NCBI RefSeq assembly: GCF_032444005.1
Contig: NC_091288.1
Span: forward strand, 198,648,001-198,712,000
Length of the DNA stretch: 64,000 nucleotides
DNA from: Ranitomeya imitator
Lineage: Eukaryota
Reading direction: 5' to 3'
A program made the position numbers and the translations under genes. This document shows, piece by piece, positions 52,714 to 64,000 of the stretch. Each line of letters opens with the position of its first letter. Within the stretch, counting starts at the first letter, position 1. The notes below the pieces were generated by a model that was not told the DNA's origin, made no database searches, and worked only from the letters and a program-made list of their open reading frames with translations.

Positions 52714-55700
52714 ACTGATCATACAGCTCTGCGGGGAGGAGGTGGTGGCACTGATCATACAGCTCTGCGGGGGAGAAGGTGGTGGCACTGATCATACAGC
52801 TCTGCGGGGAGGAGGAGGTGGTGGCACTGATCATACAGCTCTGCGGGGAGGAGGTGGTGGCACTGATCATACAGCTCTGCGGGGAGGAGGTGGTGGCACT
52901 GATCATACAGCTCTGCGGGGAGGAGGTGGTGGCACTGATCCTACAGCTCTGCGGGGAGAATGTGGTGGCTCTGATCATACAGCTCTGCGGGGAGAAGGTG
53001 GTGGCACTGATCATACGGCTCTCCGGGGAGGAGGTGATTTCTCTGATCATACAGCTCTGCAGGGAGGATGAGGTTATGGCTCTGATCATACAGGTCTGAG
53101 GGGAGTAGGTGGTGGCTCTGATCATACAGCTCTGCGGGGAGAGGGTGGTGGCACTGATCATACAGCTCTGCGGGGAGGAGGTGATGGCACTGATCCTACA
53201 GCTCTGCGGGGAGAATGTGGTGGCTCTGATCATACAGCTCTGCGGGGAGAAGGTGGTGGCACTGATCATACGGCTCTCCGGGGAGGAGGTGATTTCTCTG
53301 ATCATACAGCTCTGCAGGGAGGAGGTGGTGGCTCTGATCATACAGCTCTGCGGGGAGGAGGTGGTGGCTCTGATCATACAGCTCTGCGGGGAGGAGGTGG
53401 TGGTACTGATCATACAGCTGTGCGGGGAGGAGGTGATTTCTCTGATCATACAGCTCTGCAGGGAGGAGGTGGTGGCTCTGATCATACAGCTCTGCGGGGA
53501 GGAGGTGGTGGCTCTGATCATACAGCTCTGCGGGGAGGAGGAGGTGGCACTGATCATACAGCTCTGCGGGGAGGAGGTGGTGGCACTGATCATACAGCTC
53601 TGCGGGGAGGAGGTGGTGGCACTGATCATACAGCTCTGCGGGGAGGAGGTGGTGGCACTGATCATACAGCTCTGCGGGGAGGAGGAGGTGGCTCTGATCA
53701 TACAGCTCTGCGGGGAGGAGGAGGTGGCACTGATCATACAGCTCTGCGGGGAGGAGGTGGTGGCACTGATCATACAGCTCTGCGGGGAGGAGGTGGTGGC
53801 ACTGATCATACAGCTCTGCGGGGAGGAGGTGGTGGCACTGATTATACAGCTCTGCGGGGAGAGGGTGGTGGCTCTGATCATACAGCTCTGCGGGGAGGAG
53901 GTGGTGGCTCTGATCATACAGCTCTGCGGGGTGGAGGTGATTTCTCTGATCATACAGCTCTGCGGGGTGGAGGTGGTGGCACTGATTATACAGCTCTGCG
54001 GGGAGGAAGTGGTGGCTCTGATCATACAGCTCTGCGGGGGAGAAGGTGGTGGCACTGATCATACAGCTCTGCGGGGTGGAGGTGATTTCTCTGATCATAC
54101 AGCTCTGCAGGGAGGAGTAGGTGGTGGCACTGATGATACAGCTCTGCGGGGAGGAGGTGGTGGCACTGATCATACAGCTCTGCGGGGTGGAGGTGATTTC
54201 TCTGATCATACAGCTCTGCGGGGAGGAGGAGGTGGCACTGATCATACAGCTCTGCGGGGAGGAGGTGGTGGCACTGATCATACAGCTCTGCGGGGAGGAG
54301 GTGGTGGCTCTGATCATACTGCTCTGCGGGGAGGAGGTGGTGGTACTGATCATACAGCTGTGCGGGGAGGAGGTGATTTCTCTGATCATACAGCTCTGCA
54401 GGGAGGAGGTGGTGGCTCTGATCATACAGCTCTGCGGGGAGGAGGTGGTGGCTCTGATCATACAGCTCTGCGGGGAGGAGGAGGTGGCACTGATCATACA
54501 GCTCTGCGGGGAGGAGGTGGTGGCACTGATCATACAGCTCTGCGGGGAGGAGGTGGTGGCACTGATCATACAGCTCTGCGGGGAGGAGGTGGTGGCACTG
54601 ATCATACAGCTCTGCGGGGAGGAGGAGGTGGCTCTGATCATACAGCTCTGCGGGGAGGAGGAGGTGGCACTGATCATACAGCTCTGCGGGGAGGAGGTGG
54701 TGGCACTGATCATACAGCTCTGCGGGGGAGAAGGTGGTGGCACTGATCATACAGCTCTGCGGGGTGGAGGTGATTTCTCTGATCATACAGCTCTGCAGGG
54801 AGGAGTAGTTGGTGGCACTGATGATACAGCTCTGCGGGGAGGAGGTGGTGGCACTGATCATACAGCTCTGCGGGGTGGAGGTGATTTCTCTGATCATACA
54901 GCTCTGCGGGGAGAAGGAGGTGGCACTGATCATACAGCTCTGCGGGGAGGAGGTGGTGGCACTGATCATACAGCTCTGCGGGGAGGAGGAGGTGGCTCTG
55001 ATCATACAGCTCTGCGGGGAGGAGGAGGTGGCACTGATCATACAGCTCTGCGGGGAGGAGGTGGTGGCACTGATCATACAGCTCTGCGGGGAGGAGGTGG
55101 TGGCACTGATCATACAGCTCTGCGGGGAGGAGGTGGTGGCACTGATTATACAGCTCTGCGGGGAGAGGGTGGTGGCTCTGATCATACAGCTCTGCGGGGA
55201 GGAGGTGGTGGCTCTGATCATACAGCTCTGCGGGGTGGAGGTGATTTCTCTGATCATACAGCTCTGCGGGGTGGAGGTGGTGGCACTGATTATACAGCTC
55301 TGCGGGGAGGAAGTGGTGGCTCTGATCATACAGCTCTGCGGGGGAGAAGGTGGTGGCACTGATCATACAGCTCTGCGGGGTGGAGGTGATTTCTCTGATC
55401 ATACAGCTCTGCAGGGAGGAGTAGGTGGTGGCACTGATGATACAGCTCTGCGGGGAGGAGGTGGTGGCACTGATCATACAGCTCTGCGGGGTGGAGGTGA
55501 TTTCTCTGATCATACAGCTCTGCGGGGAGGAGGAGGTGGCACTGATCATACAGCTCTGCGGGGAGGAGGTGGTGGCACTGATCATACAGCTCTGCGGGGA
55601 GGAGGTGGTGGCTCTGATCATACTGCTCTGCGGGGAGGAGGTGGTGGTACTGATCATACAGCTGTGCGGGGAGGAGGTGATTTCTCTGATCATACAGCTC

Positions 55701-58700
55701 TGCAGGGAGGAGGTGGTGGCTCTGATCATACAGCTCTGCGGGGAGGAGGTGGTGGCTCTGATCATACAGCTCTGCGGGGAGGAGGAGGTGGCACTGATCA
55801 TACAGCTCTGCGGGGAGGAGGTGGTGGCACTGATCATACAGCTCTGCGGGGAGGAGGTGGTGGCACTGATCATACAGCTCTGCGGGGAGGAGGAGGTGGC
55901 TCTGATCATACAGCTCTGCGGGGAGGAGGAGGTGGCACTGATCATACAGCTCTGCGGGGAGGAGGTGGTGGCACTGATCATACAGCTCTGCGGGGGAGAA
56001 GGTGGTGGCACTGATCATACAGCTCTGCGGGGTGGAGGTGATTTCTCTGATCATACAGCTCTGCAGGGAGGAGTAGGTGGTGGCACTGATGATACAGCTC
56101 TGCGGGGAGGAGGTGGTGGCACTGATCATACAGCTCTGCGGGGTGGAGGTGATTTCTCTGATCATACAGCTCTGCGGGGAGAAGGAGGTGGCACTGATCA
56201 TACAGCTCTGCGGGGAGGAGGTGGTGGCACTGATCATACAGCTCTGCGGGGAGGAGGTGGTGGCACTGATCATACAGCTCTGCGGGGAGGAGGTGGTGGC
56301 ACTGATTATACAGCTCTGCGGGGAGAGGGTGGTGGCTCTGATCATACAGCTCTGCGGGGAGGAGGTGGTGGCTCTGATCATACAGCTCTGCGGGGTGGAG
56401 GTGATTTCTCTGATCATACAGCTCTGCGGGGTGGAGGTGGTGGCACTGATTATACAGCTCTGCGGGGAGGAAGTGGTGGCTCTGATCATACAGCTCTGCG
56501 GGGGAGAAGGTGGTGGCACTGATCATACAGCTCTGCGGGGTGGAGGTGATTTCTTTGATCATACAGCTCTGCAGGGAGGAGTAGGTGGTGGCACTGATGA
56601 TACAGCTCTGCGGGGAGGAGGTGGTGGCACTGATCATACAGCTCTGCGGGGTGGAGGTGATTTCTCTGATCATACAGCTCTGCAGGGAGGAGTAGGTGGT
56701 GGCACTGATGATACAGCTCTGCGGGGAGGAGGTGGTGGCACTGATCATACAGCTCTGCGGGGAGGAGGTGGTGGCTCTGATCATACAGCTCTGCGGGGAG
56801 GAGGTGGTGGCTCTGATCATGCAGCTCTGCGGGGAGGAGGTGGTGGCACTGATCATACAGCTGTGCGGGGAGGAGGTGGTGGCACTGATCATACAGCTCT
56901 GCGGGGAGGAGGTGGTGGCTCTGATCATACAGCTCTGCGGGGAGGAGGTGGTGGTACTGATCATACAGCTGTGCGGGGAGGAGGTGATTTCTCTGATCAT
57001 ACAGCTCTGCAGGGAGGAGGTGGTGGCTCTGATCATACAGCTCTGCGGGGAGGAGGAGGTGGCACTGATCATACAGCTCTGCGGGGAGGAGGTGGTGGCA
57101 CTGATCATACAGCTCTGCGGGGAGGAGGTGGTGGCACTGATCATACAGCTCTGCGGGGAGGAGGTGGTGGCACTGATCATACAGCTCTGCGGGGAGGAGG
57201 AGGTGGCACTGATCATACAGCTCTGCAGGGAGGAGGTGGTGGCACTGATCATACAGCTCTGCGGGGAGAAGGTGTTGGCACTGATCATACAGCTCTCCGG
57301 GGAGGAGGTGATTTCTCTGATCATACAGCTCTGCAGGGAGGAGGAGGTTATGGCTCTGATCATACAGGTCTGAGGGGAGTAGGTGGTGGCTCTGATCATA
57401 CAGCTCTGCGGGGAGAGGGTGGTGGCACTGATCATACAGCTCTGCGGGGAGGAGGTGATGGCTCTGATCCTACAGCTCTGCGGGGAGAATGTGGTGGCTC
57501 TGATCATACAGCTCTGCGGGGAGAAGGTGGTGGCACTGATCATACGGCTCTCCGGGGAGGAGGTGATTTCTCTGATCATACAGCTCTGCAGGGAGGAGGT
57601 GGTGGCTCTGATCATACAGCTCTGTGGGGAGGAGGTGGTGGCTCTGATCATGCAGCTCTGCGGGGAGGAGGTGGTGTCACTGATCATACAGCTGTGCGGG
57701 GAGGAGGTGGTGGCACTGATCATACAGCTCTGCGGGGAGGAGGTGGTGGCACTGATCATACAGCTGTGCGGGGAGGAGGTGATTTCTCTGATCATACAGC
57801 TCTGCAGGGAGGAGGTGGTGGCTCTGATCATACAGCTCTGCGGGGAGGAGGTGGTGGCACTGATCATACAGCTCTGCGGGGTGGAGGTGATTTCTCTGAT
57901 CAGACAGCTCTGCAGGGAGGAGTAGGTGGTGGCACTGATGATACAGCTCTGCGGGGAGGAGGTGGTGGCACTGATCATACAGCTCTGCGGGGTGGAGGTG
58001 ATTTCTCTGATCAGACAGCTCTGCAGGGAGGAGTAGGTGGTGGCACTGATGATACAGCTCTGCGGGGAGGAGGTGGTGGCACTGATCATACAGCTCTGCG
58101 GGGAGGAGGAGGTGGCACTGATCATACAGCTCTGCGGGGAGGAGGTGGTGGCACTGATCATACAGCTCTGCGGGGAGGAGGTGGTGGCACTGATCATACA
58201 GCTCTGCGAGGAGGAAGTGGTGGCACTGATCATACAGCTCTGCGGGGAGGAGGTGGTGGCACTGATCGTACAGCTCTGCGTGGAGGAGGTGGTGGCAATG
58301 ATCATACAGCTCTGCAGGGAGGAGGTGATGGCACTGATCATACAGCTCTGCGGGGAGAAGGTGTTGGCACTGATCATACAGCTCTCCGGGGAGGAGGTGA
58401 TTTCTCTGATCATACAGCTCTGCAGGGAGGAGGAGGTTATGGCTCTGATCATACAGGTCTGAGGGGAGTAGGTGGTGGCTCTGATCATACAGCTCTGCGG
58501 GGAGAGGGTGGTGGCACTGATCATACAGCTCTGCGGGGAGGAGGTGATGGCTCTAATCCTACAGCTCTGCGAGGAGAATGTGGTGGCTCTGATCATACAG
58601 CTCTGCGGGGAGTAGGTGGTGGCACTGATCATACGCCTCTCCGGGGAGGAGGTGATTTCTCTGATCATACAGCTCTGCAGGGAGGATGTGGTGGCTCTGA

Positions 58701-61700
58701 TCATACAGCTCTGCGGAGAGGAGGTGGTGGCTCTGATCATGCAGCTCTGCGGGGAGGAGGTGGTGGCACTGATCATACAGCTGTGCGGGGAGGAGGTGGT
58801 GGCACTGATCATACAGCTCTGCGGGGAGGAGGTGGTGGTACTGATCATACAGCTGTGCGGGGAGGAGGTGATTTCTCTGATCATACAGCTCTGCAGGGAG
58901 GAGGTGGTGGCTCTGATCATACAGCTCTGCGGGGAGGAGGTGATGGCACTGATCATACAGCTCTGCGGGGAGGAGGTGGTGGCACTGATCATACAGCTCT
59001 GCAGGGAGGAGGTGGTGGCACTGATCATGCAGCTCTGCGGGGAGGAGGAGGTGGCACTGATCATACAGCTCTGCGGGGAGGAGGTGGTGGCACTGATCAT
59101 ACAGCTCTGCGGGGAGGAGGTGGTGGCACTGATCATACAGCTCTGCGGGGAGGAGGTGGTGGCACTGATCATACAGCTCTGCGGGGAGGAGGTGGTGGCA
59201 CTGATCATACAGCTCTGCGGGGAGGAGGTGATTTCTCTGATCATACAGCTCTGCAGGGAGGAGGTGGTGGCTCTGATCATACAGCTCTGCGGGGAGGAGG
59301 TGGTGGCTCTGATCATACAGCTCTGCGGGGAGGAGGTGGTGGTACTGATCATACAGCTGTGCGGGGAGGAGGTGATTTCTCTGATCATACAGCTCTGCAG
59401 GGAGGAGGTGGTGGCTCTGATCATACAGCTCTGCGGGGAGGAGGTGGTGGCTCTGATCATACAGCTCTGCGGGGAGGAGGAGGTGGCACTGATCATACAG
59501 CTCTGCGGGGAGGAGGTGGTGGCACTGATCATACAGCTCTGCGGGGAGGAGGTGGTGGCACTGATCATACAGCTCTGCGGGGAGGAGGTGGTGGCACTGA
59601 TCATACAGCTCTGCGGGGAGGAGGAGGTGGCTCTGATCATACAGCTCTGCGGGGAGGAGGTGGTGGCTCTGATCATACAGCTCTGCGGGGAGGAGGTGGT
59701 GGCTCTGATCATACAGCTCTGCGGGGAGGAGGTGGTGGTACTGATCATACAGCTGTGCGGGGAGGATGTGATTTCTCTGATCATACAGCTCTGCAGGGAG
59801 GAGGTGGTGGCTCTGATCATACAGCTCTGCGGGGAGGAGGAGGTGGCACTGATCATACAGCTCTGCGGGGAGGAGGTGGTGGCACTGATCATACAGCTCT
59901 GCGGGGAGGAGGTGGTGGCACTGATCATACAGCTCTGCGGGGAGGAGGTGGTGGCACTGATCATACAGCTCTGCGGGGAGGAGGAGGTGGCACTGATCAT
60001 ACAGCTCTGCGGGGAGGAGCTGGTGGCACTGATCATACAGCTCTGCGGGGAGGAGGTGGTGGCACTGATCATACAGCTCTGCAGGGAGGAGGTGGTGGCA
60101 CTGATCATACAGCTCTGCGGGGAGAAGGTGTTGGCACTGATCATACAGCTCTCCGGGGAGGAGGTGATTTCTCTGATCATACAGCTCTGCAGGGAGGAGG
60201 AGGTTATGGCTCTGATCATACAGGTCTGAGGGGAGTAGGTGGTGGCTCTGATCATACAGCTCTGCGGGGAGAGGGTGGTGGGACTGATCATACAGCTCTG
60301 CGGGGAGGAGCTGATGGCTCTGATCCTACAGCTCTGCGGGGAGAATGTGGTGGCTCTGATCATACAGCTCTGCGGGGAGAAGGTGGTGGCACTGATCATA
60401 CGGCTCTCCGGGGAGGAGGTGATTTCTCTGATCATACAGCTCTGCAAGGAGGAGGTGGTGGCTCTGATCATACAGCTCTGCGGGGAGGAGGTGGTGGCTC
60501 TGATCATGCAGCTCTGCGGGGAGGAGGTGGTGGCACTGATCATACAGCTGTGCGGGGAGGAGGTGGTGGCACTGATCATACAGCTCTGCGGGGAGGAGGT
60601 GGTGGTACTGATCATACAGCTGTGCGGGGAGGAGGTGATTTCTCTGATCATACAGCTCTGCAGGGAGGAGGTGGTGGCTCTGATCATACAGCTCTGCGGG
60701 GAGGAGGAGGTGGCACTGATCATATAGCTCTGCGGGGAGGAGGTGGTGGCACTGATCATACAGCTCTGCGGGGGAGAAGGTGGTGGCACTGATCATACAG
60801 CTCTTCGGGGTGGAGGTGATTTCTCTGATCATACAGCTCTGCAGGGAGGAGTAGGTGGTGGCACTGATGATACAGCTCTGCGGGGAGGAGGTGGTGGCAC
60901 TGATCATACAGCTCTGCGGGGAGGAGGTGGTGGCTCTGATCATACAGCTCTGCGGGGAGGAGGTGGTGGCTCTGATCATGCAGCTCTGCGGGGAGGAGGT
61001 GGTGGCACTGATCATACAGCTCTGCGGGGAGGAGGTGGTGGCTCTGATCATACAGCTCTGCGGGGAGGAGGTGGTGGTACTGATCATACAGCTGTGCGGG
61101 GAGGAGGTGATTTCTCTGATCATACAGCTCTGCAGGGAGGAGGTGGTGGCTCTGATCATACAGCTCTGCAGGGAGGAGGAGGTGGCACTGATCATACAGC
61201 TCTGCGGGGAGGAGGTGGTGGCACTGATCATACAGCTCTGCGGGGAGGAGGTGGTGTCACTGATCATACAGCTCTGCGGGGAGGAGGTGGTGGCACTGAT
61301 CATACAGCTCTGCGGGGAGGAGGAGGTGGCACTGATCATACAGCTCTGCGGGGAGGAGGTGGTGGCACTGTTCATACAGCTCTGCGGGGAGGAGGTGGTG
61401 GCACTGACCATACAGCTCTGCGGGGAGGAGGTGGTGGCACTGATCATACAGCTCTGCGGGGAGGAGGTGGTGGCACTGATCATACAGCTCTGCGGGGAGG
61501 AGGTGGTGGCACTGATCGTACAGCTCTGCGGGGAGGAGGTGGTGGCACTGATCCTACAGCTCTGCAGGGAGGAGGTGGTGGCACTGATCCTACAGCTCTG
61601 CGGGGAGAATGTGGTGGCTCTGATCATACAGCTCTGCGGGGAGAAGGTGGTGGCACTGATCATACGGCTCTCCGGAGAGGAGGTGATTTCTCTGATCATA

Positions 61701-62224
61701 CAGCTCTGCAGGGAGGAGGTGGTGGCTCTGATCATACAGCTCTGCGGGGAGGAGGTGGTGGCTCTGATCATGCAGCTCTGCGGGGAGGAGGTGGTGGCAC
61801 TGATCATACAGCTGTGCGGGGAGGAGGTGGTGGCACTGATCATACAGCTGTGCGGGGAGGAGGTGGTGGCACTGATCATACAGCTGTGCGGGGAGGAGGT
61901 GGTGGCACTGATCATACAGCTCTGCGGGGAGGAGGTGGTGGTGCTGAACATACAGCTGTGCGGGGAGGAGGTGATTTCTCTGATCATACAGCTCTGCAGG
62001 GAGGAGGTGGTGGTACTTATCATACAGCTGTGCGGGGAGGAGGTGATTTCTCTGATCATACAGCTCTGCAGGGAGGAGGTGGTGGCACTGATCATACAGC
62101 TCTGCGGGGAGGAGATGGTGGCACTGATCATACAGCTCTGCGGGGAGGAGGTGGTGGCACTGATCATACAGCTCTGCGGGGAGGAGGTGGTGGCACTGAT
62201 CATACAGCTCTGCGGGGAGGAGGT
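52714..62224 (-). repeat. 36-bp H1-HDE satellite, inverted array (~260 units), cut by a CR1
   Basis: Reverse-complement units (ACTGATCATACAGCTCTGCGGGGAGGAGGTGGTGGC); 9,511 bp / 36. Confidence 0.97.
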
Positions 62225-64000
62225 AACATAGTAACATAGTAACATAGTTAGTAAGGCCGAAAAAAGACATTTGTCCATCCAGTTCAGCCTATATTCCATC
62301 ATAATAAATACCCAGATCTACGTCCTTCTACAGAACCTAATAATTGTATGATACAATATTGTTCTGCTCCAGGAAGACATCCAGGCCTCTCTTGAACCCC
62401 TCGACTGAGTTCGCCATCACCACCTCCTCAGGCAAGCAATTCCAGATTCTCACTGCCCTAACAGTAAAGAATCCTCTTCTATGTTGGTGGAAAAACCTTC
62501 TCTCCTCCAGACGCAAAGAATGCCCCCTTGTGCCCGTCACCTTCCTTGGTATAAACAGATCCTCAGCGAGATATTTGTATTGTCCCCTTATATACTTATA
62601 CATGGTTATTAGATCGCCCCTCAGTCGTCTTTTTTCTAGACTAAATAATCCTAATTTCGCTAATCTATCTGGGTATTGTAGTTCTCCCATCCCCTTTATT
62701 AATTTTGTTGCCCTCCTTTGTACTCTCTCTAGTTCCATTATATCCTTCCTGAGCACCGGTGCCCAAAACTGGACACAGTACTCCATGTGCGGTCTAACTA
62801 GGGATTTGTACAGAGGCAGTATAATGCTCTCATCATGTGTATCCAGACCTCTTTTAATGCACCCCATGATCCTGTTTGCCTTGGCAGCTGCTGCCTGGCA
62901 CTGGCTGCTCCAGGTAAGTTTATCATTAACTAGGATCCCCAAGTCCTTCTCCCTGTCAGATTTACCCAGTGGTTTCCCGTTCAGTGTGTAATGGTGATAT
63001 TGATTCCCTCTTCCCATGTGTATAACCTTACATTTATCATTGTTAAACCTCATCTGCCACCTTTCAGCCCAAGTTTCCAACTTATCCAGATCCATCTGTA
63101 GCAGAATACTATCTTCTCTTGTATTAACTGCTTTACATAGTTTTGTATCATCTGCAAATATCGATATTTTACTGTGTAAACCTTCTACCAGATCATTAAT
63201 GAATATGTTGAAGAGAACAGGTCCCAATACTGACCCCTGCGGTACCCCACTGGTCACAGCGACCCAGTTAGAGACTATACCATTTATAACCACCCTCTGC
63301 TTTCTATCACTAAGCCAGTTACTAACCCATTTACACACATTTTCCCCCAGACCAAGCATTCTCATTTTGTGTACCAACCTCTTGTGCGGCACGGTATCAA
63401 ACGCTTTGGAAAAATCGAGATATACCACGTCCAATGACTCACCGTGGTCCAGTCTATAGCTTACCTCTTCATAAAAACTGATTAGATTGGTTTGACAGGA
63501 GCGATTTCTCATAAACCCATGCTGATATGGAGTTAAACAGTTATTCTCATTGAGATAATCCAGAATAACATCCCTCAGAAACCCTTCAAATATTTTACCA
63601 ACAATAGAGGTTAGACTTACTGGCCTATAATTTCCAGGTTCACTTTTAGAGCCCTTTTTGAATATTGGCACCACATTTGCTATGCGCCAGTCCTGCGGAA
63701 CAGACCCTGTCGCTATAGAGTCACTAAAAGTAAGAAATAATGGTTTATCTATTACATTACTTAGTTCTCTTAGTACTCGTGGGTGTATGCCATCCGGACC
63801 CGGAGATTTATCTATTTTAATCTTATTTAGCCGGTTTCGCACCTCTTCTTGGGTTAGATTGGTGACCCTTAATATAGGGTTTTCATTGTTTCTTGGGATT
63901 TCACCTAGCATTTCATTTTCCATCGTGAATACCGTGGAGAAGAAGGTGTTTAATATGTTAGCTTTTTCCTCGTCATCTACAACCATTCTTTCCTCACTAT
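62225..64000 (-). mobile_element. Young CR1 LINE extending beyond the window
   Basis: Tail (AACATAGT)x3 at 62225 on the + strand, 3' UTR, and uninterrupted ORF2. Confidence 0.96.
62337..64000 (-). CDS. CR1 ORF2 reverse transcriptase (partial; the frame stays open off the window edge)
   Basis: Motifs YRPVSLTS, QHGF, YLDFSKAFDTV, GVPQGSVLGP, FADD; no stop between 63986 and 64000. Confidence 0.95.
   Translation of the reverse strand, partial: SEERMVVDDEEKANILNTFFSTVFTMENEMLGEIPRNNENPILRVTNLTQEEVRNRLNKIKIDKSPGPDGIHPRVLRELSNVIDKPLFLTFSDSIATGSVPQDWRIANVVPIFKKGSKSEPGNYRPVSLTSIVGKIFEGFLRDVILDYLNENNCLTPYQHGFMRNRSCQTNLISFYEEVSYRLDHGESLDVVYLDFSKAFDTVPHKRLVHKMRMLGLGENVCKWVSNWLSDRKQRVVINGIVSNWVAVTSGVPQGSVLGPVLFNIFINDLVEGLHSKISIFADDTKLCKAVNTREDSILLQMDLDKLETWAERWQMRFNNDKCKVIHMGRGNQYHHYTLNGKPLGKSDREKDLGILVNDKLTWSSQCQAAAAKANRIMGCIKRGLDTHDESIILPLYKSLVRPHMEYCVQFWAPVLRKDIMELERVQRRATKLIKGMGELQYPDRLAKLGLFSLEKRRLRGDLITMYKYIRGQYKYLAEDLFIPRKVTGTRGHSLRLEERRFFHQHRRGFFTVRAVRIWNCLPEEVVMANSVEGFKRGLDVFLEQNNIVSYNY

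Noticed and set aside
52604-62302. Long ORFs in the inverted array
   Set aside because: Same artefact as in array 1.

Overview
Vertebrate replication-dependent histone gene cluster, most likely from an anuran amphibian (inferred from the H1 sequence and repeat content). One ~40.5-kb unit reads H2A(-), H2B(-), H1(+), H3(+), H4(+). Its first 8.37 kb recurs as a near-identical direct copy at 40467-48831, which then switches, inside a 27-bp shared sequence, into an inverted copy of the H4-H3-satellite arm (48805-62224). About half of the window is a 36-bp satellite: ~610 units at 13878-35944 and ~260 inverted units at 52714-62224. Its unit is the H1 mRNA 3'-processing cassette itself (3' arm of the stem-loop, cleavage spacer, and a U7-snRNA-binding HDE, AGAGCTGTA). 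All the giant ORFs in the track are artefacts of this repeat. Spacers contain CR1 and L2 LINE pieces, a Penelope-like insertion carrying a minimal hammerhead ribozyme with a compensatory A3-U8 core pair, two BRAT1 last-exon pseudogene fragments, a 'ghost' H4 locus, an orphan histone stem-loop and an ATG-less H3 copy. One CR1 copy carries an all-A-to-G, ADAR-like mutation cluster. Both H2B coding cores are replaced by identical 285-nt N runs. All alignments and counts were done by eye.
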